A DNA stretch of 62,981 bases, the filler included, from Phoronis australis (taxonomy: Eukaryota; Animalia; Phoronida): NCBI GenBank assembly GCA_002633005.1. It is 10 parts of 10 records of this genome, joined end to end, with 100 filler letters (N's around TTAATTAATTAA, not from the genome) between each part and the next. Parts side by side here need not be neighbours in the genome. Positions count along the whole stretch, not along the records: positions 51,239 to 60,845 come from NMRA01001800.1; positions 60,946 to 62,981 come from NMRA01001362.1; 8 more parts are not named here. One strand, written 5' to 3'. Below the pieces are notes generated by a model. It searched no databases. It saw only the letters and a program-made list of their open reading frames with translations, and was not told the origin of the DNA. The first letter of the stretch is position 1; each line of letters begins with the position of its first letter. This document shows, in pieces, positions 51,315 to 62,981 of the stretch. The translations under genes were made by a program, and so were the position numbers.

Positions 51315-53364
51315 TGTCTTTTCGCTAAGAACTAGGTGATGAGGAACATACCCAAGTTTTATTGCTTGTTTCAATCTCTTCAAAACGCATAAGGTCAGCA
51401 TAACCTTTGATGAGTAACTTCTGGATTTCTTCATCATATTTATCCAGGTGACCTCTCTTCGTCAGATTCCTTCACAGGCTGTTCAGCTGGGGAAGTGCTA
51501 CTTTTAGATTATTTGCAAATACTTTTCCTTCTTTCCATGGAATAGGGAGTTCATAATGACTTTCAATAATTTTGCCAGTCTCGTCCCATGATTTCAAAAC
51601 CTCATCATTGACAGATGGACCCGTGGCATCCAGAGCATCAGTCCCATAATCTGTCACAAAAAATTTAGACCATTCAGAAACAACTTTTGGCTTTACATCA
51701 GTAACAAAATGGGAAATCACCTTACTGCTAACAGTGCCATCTTTTGGACCATTAAAGCACTAACCAAACAGAGTGCGGACTGCGAAGGGCTCATTTTTCC
51801 CGCGTTTTCTGACTTCCAGTGGGACGAGAGCCACACAAGTATCTTGGCCAATTAGGATTTCAACTTCAACTCTTCCTTGGACAATTGGCAAATCTTTTAG
51901 GTGGTTGTATACTACAAAGACAACGTCGTGTCGGTTGTTATCTCTTTTGCCACATAAACACGAGACATTGGCAAGTCATTTGCGCTGTCTTGGGTTGCGA
52001 AACAGAAAGCAGTCTGCATAGAGTTCCGTTCTTGGTCAAGCGCATCAATCGTACTCAATGTATACGTAAGTTTTGTGGTCTGCAGCTTCAATTTCTCAAC
52101 CATACTCTTGGTGCAGAAGCTATCTGAAGAACCGGTGTCTAAAAGGGCGAAGGTAGAGTACGCATTGTTCACCCAAACCGGTACAATTGGCAGATATATG
52201 CCATGGTCAGCCACCCGAATTCCATTACTGGTCACAGGGGAGGTGCTATCTTTAGGATCATGAAGTAGATATGAATGTTTTTTCTACGCAGCCTCGTTTG
52301 CAACAAAAATTTTTTGTGGCAATCTTCAACTTAATGGCTGTCGAAAAGGCAATTTTGACAGTTTAACCTTTTCAACCACAACTTGACGTTCTGAAAGCAT
52401 TATATTCTTAAATTTTCACAGCGCCACAGTGGATAGGGCTGCAAACATTCAGGACATTTTCTTATCTTTTGCGTCTGACCCATCTTTATATTAGTGTTGA
52501 AATTGACCAACAAACTTCACTAATTCTGGAAAGGTGGGGTAGTGGTCTTCCTCTCGCTTAAAAACCAAGAGCTGTTTTTTGCCACTTTTGCTGAATGAAG
52601 GGCTGAAGCCTACCCACGATTTCTAAAATACTCGCCTGGCTGCCAATCTCAGGGAGTTTCTCTAACTTATCTAAGATCAGATAGGTATTTTCAAGGTCAT
52701 CAGCAAAATGCTGAAGGTCGGCTGATGACCTTATCTGGCCACCCTTTTTAACGTCAGTCATCAATCTCTATGCTGCTTTATGATTGTCACCATATCGTGA
52801 GTGCAGGATCTCACGGGCCAGTTCGAAACCTTCACCTCCAGCCAATGATTTCTGGATGCTTTCTTTGGCCACTCCGGTGGTATACTGAAGGAGTCGTGTC
52901 AATTTGGCATCACCGCCCTGCACGACACTTGCAACGTTTTGATCAAAATTGGCTACGAAAGTGTGATACTTGGCCGGATTACCATCAAATTTGTCTAGTG
53001 TGACCTTAGGTAATTTTACAAGACCCATTATCTCTTCATTGGTTAAATTCTCATGTTTTTCAATGGGAGTTTCAGTTACTGAGTTAAACTTATTTAAATA
53101 CTCATTAACTCTAGTCAAAGTTTCTATGTACTTAGATTCTTCATCCATAAAATATTCTTCACATTCTTCTAAAAGCTCGTAATTGCTTTCTGTAAAAGCC
53201 CTATACTTTAAATTACTGACATCAAATTCATGAAACAAAAAATTTAACTTATCTTTGTCTTCATGTGTGACAGCTTCTTTTCTTGCAATTTATTGTTTGA
53301 TATGTCCACATTGTCTCTTGAGTAGTATCTTGGCATTCGAATGAGCTTTCCTTGCAGCTTCCAT
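51315..53364 (-). mobile_element. Decayed BEL/Pao LTR retrotransposon gag-protease fragment, copy 1
   Basis: Gag DUF1759-like LPKVTLDKFDGNPAKYHTF, zinc-knuckle remnant, protease ALLDTGS, HYELPIPWK; multiple stops and frameshifts; no LTR seen. Confidence 0.9.
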
Positions 53365-53647
53365 TGTTATTTAAGTTCACTAAACTCGTATCAAAATACA
53401 GTTATATAACATAGGAGTTAATGCCTCCGAAATCAAAATAGAATTTCTTGAATCTGCCACACAACCTATCATGATTATTCCTGCTGCATGATCTCATTGT
53501 TTTGAATCCCAATGTCGTGTGGACACATGAACATTGTTAAAGTGTTGTCTTCTATGATGTATGTGCAGTATGCTGTTAGTGCATGGAAAGTTGAATGAGA
53601 ACCAAATCTATGAACTGCATTGAAGATTGCCATTGCCTTGTCATGCT

Positions 53648-53991
53648 CTATTCTAGGTTTGTAACTGGAAAATGAACCAGTTGGCGACCTGGCAAAAATT
53701 CCAGATCACCCACGACTCCCAGAGGTCCCTTTCTCTCTATGCCTATGTTGTGCAGTATGCTGCGTGTTATGACAATTTTGCACGCTCGGCAAGGGCTTAC
53801 CCACACATCACTGTGCAGACAAACAAAGCGGCTTTTTAAAATTCCAAATATCTGTTCTATATTGTGACTAGCTCTGCAGAGCGCCCTGTTGAAACCTTCC
53901 TCTGCATCGTTGACAGGGTTCAGGCACTGTGTCATTAAGAACGGTCTGCACAGGTATCATGAGTCACCCGTCAGATAACCTCTATGTTCGC
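53648..53991 (-). pseudogene. Harbinger/HARBI1-like DDE transposase C-terminal exon, copy 1
   Basis: GYLTGDS*YLCRPFLMT...FNRALCRASHNIEQIFGILKSRFVCLH matches the GDSGY...LMTP...IERxFGxLKxRF motif; an acceptor precedes it. Confidence 0.85.
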
Positions 53992-54255
53992 CTGCATTAA
54001 ACAGAAGTCAGATTAGTTTGACCACATTGTCAGAATCATTAATGCTTTATATCCCAGCATAACACATTCGTGGATTGGGCATCCCAAAAATGAGACAATA
54101 GCAAACAGACTTCAATAGTTCGATTCAAGGGTGACGTCATAGGTTGACCTAGTTTACCATCGTCCGCCGTCTTTTAGGGCAAGCGTACGGCAGATTCGTT
54201 CGTTGTTCAGGGCAGTTTGCTTGTTATTTCTCTTGATTTGAAAGAATATTTCACA

Positions 54256-54557
54256 ATGATGGTGAATACCTGTTGCGTTATTGGTTGTCACAACCCTTCT
54301 AACAGAGAGAAAAAATTGTTCTTCTCAATTCCTGCTATCATCACAAATGTATACGACGAGGGTGCTTAGTGAAGAGGGGAGAATGCCGTGGCTGTCACTA
54401 TTTAACAGGGCAAACTCCACACCGTCAAAGCACAGCAAAATACATTAACAAAAACAACAACGGACTTAAAATGGCTTGACATGTGTCATTGTCATTTATG
54501 TAAACACCATCATTAGAAGAAGAGAAAACATGTATGCTCAGATCATTTTGTTTCAGG
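54256..54557 (+). pseudogene. Decayed THAP zinc finger (transposase N-terminus)
   Basis: MMVNTCCVIGCHNPSNREKKLFFSIPAII... and later VCSDHFVSG; broken by a stop and frameshifts. Confidence 0.75.
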
Positions 54558-55131
54558 TTGGAAATGAATGCCCTCTCTAGGCTAAATGTTTGCTTATGGA
54601 CAGTACTTGTAAATCTGTTAATGCTTTCTAAAAAATTGACTATTTTTCAGGATTTCAGTAACCAGTGGTCACAGCAGCCTTGCACCCTTGACCTTTGCGT
54701 TTTGTCTTGCTATTGTCAGTCAGTAGGCTTACTCAATGTGGCGTGATTCATTGATAAGTCAGGTTTCCATGATTAAAAAAGCATTCTATTGATATTTGGT
54801 ATAATTCAAAGCGACATCCATCCCTGCAGCAGTCGCAATGCGCCAAGCCATCTGGAGAGGCACGGAGAAATAGTGTCTGGGTTTATGAAGAAATCACAGT
54901 TCATAAAATTAAAGTTTTCCTGAAATCTGTAGTGAACCTCCCCGAGCTGGCTAAACTGGTAAGAGTACTTACGTCATCCCAGGGATTTTCCATGTTATCC
55001 AGTTAAAGTCCTCAAATTTTAAATGTTTTCCTCTTTTGTAAACCACACCTTTTCCTTCTAGTAAAACCAAAACGACCTTCTCCAACTGCCAACAGTATGT
55101 CTTTCCTCTAGTACAAACAATGCGTCCTTCT

Positions 55132-55197
55132 ACAAATAAGTTATCCAGCGACTTCCAAGTTTTCGAAAACTTGGAAGTCGCTGGATAACTTATTTGT
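55132..55197. repeat. Perfect 66-bp palindrome with no spacer
   Basis: ACAAATAAGTTATCCAGCGACTTCCAAGTTTTC|GAAAACTTGGAAGTCGCTGGATAACTTATTTGT. Confidence 0.97.
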
Positions 55198-55929
55198 TTG
55201 AGTAGTGGTTGTGCCGGATTTTCGACAAGAGTTCCGACAAACTGCTTTGATGGGTGATGCTGTGATTCGGCTACCTTTGAATCGATACCAATTGATAGTT
55301 GGCCTGGGACCGCGTGGCAGATTCTACTTCATCAGCCTGTTTCTGTGTTACAGAAATACCAGTAAATACAATGGAACATTGTTCTAATAGTTATTCCTTA
55401 CTTAATCCAACACTGTTTTCATTATAAAGCACCGAAAACACTTTCGGGTACTTCTCTGCCAAAGTCTTCGCAACATAATGGTCCAAAAATTCGGGCACTA
55501 CAGACAATATTCCAGGCTTCTTCTCAACCTTGAACAGGTCAGTGAAAAACAAACGTTTTTCCGCATCAGTCGGCCCCTGAACTACTTTCTTGGGATTGCC
55601 CCTGACGTTTGCACTGGAACATGCCATCTTATCCCCAAGTTTTTTTAACGACTGCATTGGAAAAGTCGATATCTCTTAACAGTCTTGTACCTAACTTTTT
55701 TCAGGCCCTCTGGTGTAGGCCATTAACTCTTTACATCTGTGTCTGTTTGCCAATTTCTTAGCTGTATCCAGCTTTCCAGGTAGAACAGCATTGCCCCAGA
55801 ACAGCATTGCCCCAACATGGGAGCAAGCTTCACCCAAACCGGCCATGCTGTTGCAGTGTGCCGACTCTCTTTTTGAATGATTGCCCATGGCACCAGTGAT
55901 GCCTCCCACATGCGCTGAGAATGTTTAAC
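55165..55929 (-). pseudogene. Decayed SWIM-finger/YqaJ-like exonuclease gene of ISL2EU-type transposons
   Basis: After a TTTACAG acceptor: VKHSQR...PWAII...SAHCNSMAGLGEACSHVGAMLFW...KPGILSVVPEF...VESATRSQA...WYRFKGSRITAS...LLKQISYP; frameshifted. Confidence 0.75.
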
Positions 55930-56202
55930 CTGTAAATAGATTAGAAATGACTACTCTATTTGTTGACATATAAAAATGTAATGACATGAATAGCTTCATT
56001 GTTTAAATTTTCCTGGATACTGAGACCAGTTCTTCAGAAGTACTTCTATCAGAGTTTACAGGGGTTGAGTAAACATGAAAGCATGGATTCAAATTGGTTC
56101 ATGTACTCATTTACTGTGTTTTGAAATGCTGTCTCATTCTATAATTACTAAATATGTGATGAACATTGGTAAATAATGTTTTAAGCATTAACTAACAATT
56201 AC

Positions 56203-56320
56203 TTAATCTGAATACATAGGATCGCAAGTAGAGCAAAACCATTCCTGGTTGTTTGGATAAACGACTGTTATGTCACAGCATTTAAAATGGTACCAGTGGA
56301 AACACTTTTCACCCTGTGGC
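56203..56320 (-). pseudogene. C-terminal half of a PHD finger, probably TE-derived
   Basis: CFHWYHFKCC...WFCSTC pattern. Confidence 0.55.
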
Positions 56321-57249
56321 TCAGTGCCGGCTGTCATCACTGTCTGTATCAGCACACTGTAACTGACAAATAGGACAGAAAAATGTTTGATTTTTGTTAT
56401 TGCGTTTTGCCTTCGCTTGGACTTTAATTTTTTCTTCAGTTTAATCCTCGCAATATTTGGTAACCCAGAATCGTTCGTGAGCAAGCTTCTGAAGTTGCTT
56501 ATGAGGAAGTTTTTTAAATTTTTGTGATAGGTGCATACTTCTTTTGCAAATATGTTCCTATCAATGGAATGTTCTTTTAGGTGTATACGAAATTCCTAAA
56601 TATAGGTGAAGCAATTTGTTTTTGTCATTTTCTCTACACTACTGCCAAAGAACTGTAAGCATTTACAGATATATGGTTGGCCCAATGAAATAAATGTTTA
56701 TACATGTGCATAATTCAATGTTACAAATGTGTTCTGAAACCACTAAATTCCGACATCCTTCTTTGGGCAATAGCATTTTTGATATATGTTTGCCTTGAAA
56801 CTTGTTAATTTCCTTGATTTGAATGCATTGTGTGGAAGGAGGATTCATAAATAATTACACAGTTCATCAGTTTGTGTACTAAGTGGCACATTTTCCTGTT
56901 AACTCGGTTTTGGAAGTCATTTCCTTGGATTTCTCTGAACTTGTTTTCAGTAATATTATCCGTAAACATTAAAGGGTTTCTTTTCTGTTCATGTGGTATA
57001 TTACACAGTATGGATGATGTGTAAGTACTTGTCAGTCTGTATTGAAACCATTGGTTATCCAAATATTTCAAAAATTTCTGTTACACATTTCCTGTAATTA
57101 GTGCCTCCGAGATGAAAATAGAATTTCTTGAACCTGTCATACAACCGATCATCAATATTCCTGCTCCGTGATCTCATTGGTTTCAATCCATTTTCGTGTG
57201 GCCTCATGTACATTACTAAAGTGTTGTCTTCTTTTGTATTTGGTATGCT

Positions 57250-57580
57250 ATGTTCGGTTTTTCGCGACCACTTCTGCATTGAGTTTCTTCGTGAGGATGT
57301 GCCGTTTACCTCTCGCCCTATTGAGGTTAATGTGCAGTGGGCTAACCCTGGTGAAGACGCGTGGTGTCGCTTTTAATACTGTCTTAGTTTTACTTTCTGT
57401 TCACCAGCGTCGTATTCGAATAGGAGTCTGATGAACATTTTGTATATCAGCAGTAGGCAGTCGCTCCTTGCGCCCCACCCTGTGCCCTTCAATCGATACA
57501 TAAGCTTGACTCTGGTTCTTGCATGGTCACACACGCGTGCGACGTGAGGTTGTAACGTGAGTCTTTGATCAAGGGCTACC
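57250..57580 (-). mobile_element. Non-LTR retrotransposon (I/Jockey-group-like) post-RT fragment
   Basis: LDQRLTLQPHV...LMYRLKGTGWGA...LLLIYKMFIRLLFEY matches the thumb-region motif LDxxLT...WGA...YKxxIRPxLEY. Confidence 0.75.
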
Positions 57581-57589
57581 TCTAGCAGA

Positions 57590-60006
57590 GTGTATGGTAT
57601 CACTCACAGCTGGCAACATCTGTTGGTCTTTTGTGATTCGTCTAAGGGCATATGTTGCTGCGCTAGTGCATCAAACATCACCAAACAGGTGTGAGGTCAT
57701 TCTGAAGTGTTGCACCTGATTATCTTTGTCATACCAGACGAACCGCAAGGAATCTCTATTGTCCTTTGCTACACGCACCTGATTGTACATGGCCTCTTCA
57801 TCTGCCATGATCGCATACGGACCCTCACGAAACCTCAATAGAACATTCATCAGTTTATTATATAGGTCCGGCCCTTGATATGATTTGTCGTTTAAAGACT
57901 CGCCACGAAACTGAGCACTCCAATCATACACTACCCTCATTTTACCTGGTTTCTTTTCGCTAAGAACAAGGTGATGAGGAATATACCCAAGTTTTATTGC
58001 TTGTTTCAATCTCTTCAAAATTCATAAGGTCAGCATAACCTTTGATGAGTAACTTCTGGATTTCTTCATCATATTTATCCAGATGACCTGTCTTTGTCAG
58101 ATTCCTTTGTAGGCTGTTCAGCTGGGGAAGTGCTACTTCTAGATTATTTGGAAATACTTTTCCTTCTTTCCATGGAATAAGGAGTTCATAATGACTTTCA
58201 ATAATTTTGCCAGTCTCGTCCCATGATTTCAAAACCTCATCATTGATGGATGGACCCATGGCATCCAAAGCATCAGTCCCATCATCAGTCACAAAAAATT
58301 TAGACCATTCAAAAACAACTTGTGGCTTGACATCAGTAACAAAATGGGAAATCACTTTACTGCTAACAGTGCCATCTTTTGGACCATTAAGGCACCAACC
58401 AAACAGAGTGCGGACTGCGAAGGGCTCATTTTTCCCGCCATTTCTGACTTCCAGTGGGACGAGAACCACACAAGTATCTTGGCCAATTAGGATTTCAACT
58501 TCAACTCTTCCTTGGACAATTGGCTAATCTTTTAGGTGGTTGTATACTACAAAGACAACGGCGTGTCGGTTGGTATCTCTTTTGCCACATAAACATGAGA
58601 CATTGGCAAGTTATTTGCGCTGTCTTGGGTTGCGAAACAGAAAGCAGTCTGCATAGAGTTCCGTTCTTGGTCAAGCGCATCAATCGTACTCAATGTATAT
58701 GTAAGTTTTGTGGTCTGCAGCTTCAATTTCTCAACCATACTCTTGGTGCAGAAGCTATCTGAAGAACCGGTGTCTAAAAGGGCGAAGGTAGAGTACGCAT
58801 TGTTCACCCAAACCGGTACAATTGGCAGATATATGCCATGGTCAGCCACCCGGATTCCATAATTGGTGATAGGGGAGGTGCCTATCTTTAGAATCATGAA
58901 GTAGATATGAATGTTTTTCTACGCAGCCTCGTTTGCAACAAAAAAATGTTTTTTTGGCAATCTTCAACTTTATGGCTGTCGAAAAGGCAATTTTGACAGT
59001 TTAACCTTTTCAACCACAACTTGACGTTCTGAAAGCATTTTATTCTTAAATTGTTCACAGCGCCAGAGTGGATAGGGCTGCAAATATTCAGGACATTTTC
59101 TTATCTTTTGCGTCTGACCCATCTTTACATTAGTGTTGAAATTGACCAACAAACTTCACTAATTCTGGAAAGGTGGGGTAGTGGTCTTCCTCTCGCTTAA
59201 AAACCAAGAGCCGTTTTTCGCCACTTTTGCTGAATGAAGGGCTGAAGCCTACCCACGATTTCTAAAATACTCACCTGGGTGCCAATCTCAGGGAGTTTCT
59301 CTAACTTATCTAAGATCAGATAGGTATTTTCAAGGTCATCAGCAAAATGCTGAAGGTCGGCTGATGACCTTATCTGGCCACCCTTTTTAACGTCAATCAT
59401 CAATCTCTATGCTACTTTATGGTTGTCACCATATCGTGAGTGCAGGATCTCACGGGCCAGTTCGAAACCTTCACCTCCAACTAATGGTTTCTGGATGCTT
59501 TCTTTGGCCGCTCCAGTTATATATTGGGGGAGTTGTGTCAATGTGTCATCACCGCCCTTCACGACACTTGCAACGTTTTGATCAAAAATGGCTACGAAAG
59601 TGTGATACTTGGCCGGATTACCATCAAATTTGTCTAGTTTGACCTTGGGTAAATTTACAAGACCCATTATCTCTTCATTGGTTAAATTCTCATGTTTTTC
59701 AATGGGAGTTTCAGTTACTGAGTTAAACTTATTTAAATACTCATTAACTCTAGTCAAAGTTTCTATGTACTTAGATTCTTCATCCATAAAATATTCGCCA
59801 CATTCTTCTAAAAGCTCCTCATTGCTTTCTATAAAAGCCCTATACTTTAAATTACTGACATCAAATTCATGAAACAAAAAATTTAACTTATCTTTGTCTT
59901 CATGTGTGACAGCTTCTTTTCTTGCAATTTATTGTTTGATATGTCCACATTGTCTCTTGAGTAGTATCTTGGCATTTTTCGAATGAGCTTTCCTTGCAGC
60001 TTCCAT
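57590..60006 (-). mobile_element. Decayed BEL/Pao gag-protease-RT fragment, copy 2
   Basis: As copy 1, plus RT N-terminal motifs YIPHH...KMRVVYD...SLND...GPDL...LLRFR...DSLRFVW...HLFG. Confidence 0.92.
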
Positions 60007-60845
60007 TGTTATTTAAGTTCACTAAACTCGTATCAAAATACAGTTATATAACATAGGAGTTAATGCCTCCGAAATCAAAATAGAATTTCTTGAATCTGCC
60101 ACACAACCTATCATGAATATTCCTGCTGCATGATCTCATTGTTTTGAATCCCAATGTCGTGTGGACACATGAACATTGTTAAAGTGTTGTCTTCTATGTT
60201 GTATGTGCAGTATGCTGTTAGTGCATGGAAAGTTGAATGAGAACCAAATCTATGAACTGCATTGAAGATTGCCATTGCCTTGTCATGCTCTATTCTAGGT
60301 TTGTAACTGGAAGTTGAACCAGTTGGCGACCTGGCAAAAATTCCAGATCACCCACGACTCCCAGAGGTCCCTTTCTCTCTATGCCTATGTTGTGCAGTAT
60401 GCCGCGTGCCACGACAATTTTGCATGCTCGGCAAGGGCTTACCCACACACCACTGTGCAGACAAACAAAGCGGCTTTTTAAAATTCCAAATATCTGTTCT
60501 ATATTGTGACTAGCTCTGCAGAGCGCCCTGGTGAAACCTTCCTCTGCATCGTTGACAGGGTTCAGGCACTGTGTCATTAAGAACGGTCTGCACAGGTATC
60601 ATGAGTCACCCGTCAGATAACCTCTATGTTCGCCTGCATTAAACAGAAGTCAGATTAGTTTGACCACATTGTCAGTATCATTAATGCTTTATATCCCAGC
60701 ATAACACATTCGTGGATTGGGCATCCCAAAAATGAGACAATAGCAAACAGACTTCAATAGTTCGATTCGAGGGTGACGTCATAGGTTGACCTAGTTTACC
60801 ATCGTCCGCCGTCTTTTAGGGCAAGCGTACGGCAGATTCGTTCGT
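57949..60845 (+). repeat. Direct duplicate of about 51316-54205 (offset about 6.64 kb)
   Basis: Paired ORFs at offsets 6635-6642 (51912/58547, 52768/59407, 53648/60290); intervening non-coding DNA is also conserved. Confidence 0.92.
60290..60633 (-). pseudogene. Harbinger/HARBI1-like transposase fragment, copy 2
   Basis: Near-identical to 53648-53991, with the same in-frame stop. Confidence 0.85.
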
Positions 60846-62981
60846 NNNNNNNNNNNNNNNNNNNNNNNNNNNNNNNNNNNNNNNNNNNNTTAATTAATTA
60901 ANNNNNNNNNNNNNNNNNNNNNNNNNNNNNNNNNNNNNNNNNNNNCGTAATGACTGTTCCAAACTCCAGACGGTGCTGCAAAGCTTTGACGTGTGATGAG
61001 CTTCTGAGAAACTTTCAGCAAGTGTTACTCACGTCGATTCAATAACCTGCTGTCTCTACAGCTGGCTTTCTATTGACTATCGCTGTAACTGCTGATTCTT
61101 GTTAGTGCAACTCAACTACAACTCTAACTGCTTTTCTTCTGATTATCTGACTTGAACTGCTGACTTGATCTGACAAATACAAACTTGTGTAGCCTAATGC
61201 ATTGTACTAGAACTTTTCATCAATTCAAGCACATGCCAGAACTTTCTGGAATCTACCCAATCATGCTACAAGTATACATTTACTAGTTTCTGGAATATTA
61301 CAGCCTGCATTAATCACTGTCACGAACAATTTTAGAGGTTTAAAGTTACAAACATGAGATCAAAACAACTTTAAGCCCTTGAATAAATCCAATTAAACGC
61401 ATCGTTTATTAAATATTGGAATGATTTTATTTTCTTTTTACTTCCTCGAAGTTTTTTGTTTAGAGTAGTGTTTTTGTTCCTCATAAGTTTGCCATTCCCC
61501 TGAGACCTCACACACTGACATTTAAAATGAAGAGTAACCATGCAGGAGAGCAAGCCGAAAATCTCAGTGATCCACGGGAACTGAATTTCAACTCCCGAAG
61601 ACAGTGGAAGTGTCTACATTTGGGACACCCTGCATATCGTTTTACTCACCCTCCAAAAAACTGGACTACCAGTGTTTCAACAAGATATATTGAAACAACG
61701 CAAAGAGCACTAAAGCAGGGATCTTGAGACGTCGCCCAGTCAAAACTATCTTCAAAGAATGACCCTTATTAAATGAACTTTTCCCAACATGTATAATTAT
61801 GAATATTGACTATAAAATTAACGCAGATTTATAGGTGCGATCTCAGCTTTTTGTTTCAAGTGAATCATAGCTGAGCAAACTAACGCCTTGCCTAATTCAT
61901 GCATTTCGTATTTTCACACAGGCACACTTGAGGCAGCTCTCGTGCTGCTATTAGTCAGTACTCTGACTTATTCTAACTCTTCGTGAAGCTTTGTTGGTTC
62001 AGGGTTTCTCAAATCCATGATGATTACATCCCCGGAATTTGCAGCCCTCCTATCGAGGCTGTGTGCGGTGGATACAAAAATTGACGGCGTCCGTACACCA
62101 GGGGATGGTGGAGTACAGGAAGGGAAGGATTTTAGTTTGGGGAAGTTGAAGTGGTTAGTGCCTCCCATTAAATCTACCCTCCCATGGTAAATAAAATACT
62201 GAAATAAAATGTACCCATGTTTCATTACCACGTTCCAGTTGTTGAGTTCAGTTAGATTTGTAAAATTTTATGCGAACGATGCTAGTGGCTTGTACGGCAC
62301 GTGACTAATGTAAGATCAAATTTACATCAAACGGCAGCTCTTTTACTCGTCCTCAATTTCCTGTTTTTCATCTAAAATCGCAATCTTACGATTTGAGAAG
62401 CGCCACATATCGATAGTCTTGCAAAGACGTGGTTGTGAAAGGCAATGGTCACCCTAGTGTTACGAATATTGTGCGCTTTTGCCACAAAATATACACGCTG
62501 GATACTGCGACGTTTAAATTTTAACAATACATTTCCGTTTCATTTCAGTCAAAAGCTTGATCTTTATCTTCATTCAGGTTAACTGAGTCAAAAATCTGAA
62601 ATGGTGGTAATTGAACACAGTTCCAAATATGCTCATTATTTATTTATATTTTGAAATCATTGTTTTAGTGAGTAACAGTAGTCTAATGCTTTGTAAGCAC
62701 TACGCAGGCGCCATATCTAACGAGATTTAAGTCGAAACCTTTGAATTCCACGCCCTCTGGTGACACACTGTATCCGAGGACACACCCTACTAACCACTTT
62801 GCACTGTTCGGACGTTAATGGTTTTGTTGTAAGAGTTAAGTAATGGCAGGTGCCGGCGGAGTTACCCCTTGCGTCCCTGGATGTTTTTAAGAACAATGAA
62901 CAGCGTCGTCCAAAGTACTACGAGTTTCGAATAATCAAGAGGCTAGAAAATTATTGGTGAAAAACATTGGCAGAGCTTGTA

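Noticed and set aside
60946-61330. Possible LTR fragment
   Set aside because: Only compositional resemblance; no second copy, primer-binding site or target-site duplication is visible.

Overview
Intron-containing, TE-rich animal genomic DNA (gene content suggests a lophotrochozoan, probably a mollusc; this is inference). The window is ten separate scaffolds joined by nine artificial 100-nt linkers (44 N + TTAATTAATTAA + 44 N), so adjacency across linkers has no biological meaning. Spliced genes reconstructed by reading splice sites, several exons of which are missing from the ORF track: (i) a complete 5-coding-exon, 145-aa secreted protein with four EF-hand-like loops (+, 14865-18299); (ii) a partial minus-strand gene with an IgGFc-binding-protein N-terminal-type domain flanked by acidic Cys-containing DNDCDGxxDEE repeats (21953-33791); (iii) five internal exons of GALK2 (+, 46617-51138); (iv) one 63-bp exon of a conventional PKC kinase domain (+, 9133-9195). 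The rest is mostly transposon material: a TTAA-flanked Kolobok-type element with about 275-bp TIRs, a Helentron/HINE-like element carrying a satellite with a CTCF-consensus-like motif in every monomer, several MITEs, and a 9.6-kb scaffold (51239-60845) that is a mosaic of mostly co-oriented BEL/Pao, Harbinger, THAP/SWIM-YqaJ, PHD and LINE fragments. That scaffold is repeated with a period of about 6.64 kb and contains a perfect 66-bp palindrome. No rRNA, tRNA or CRISPR array was seen.
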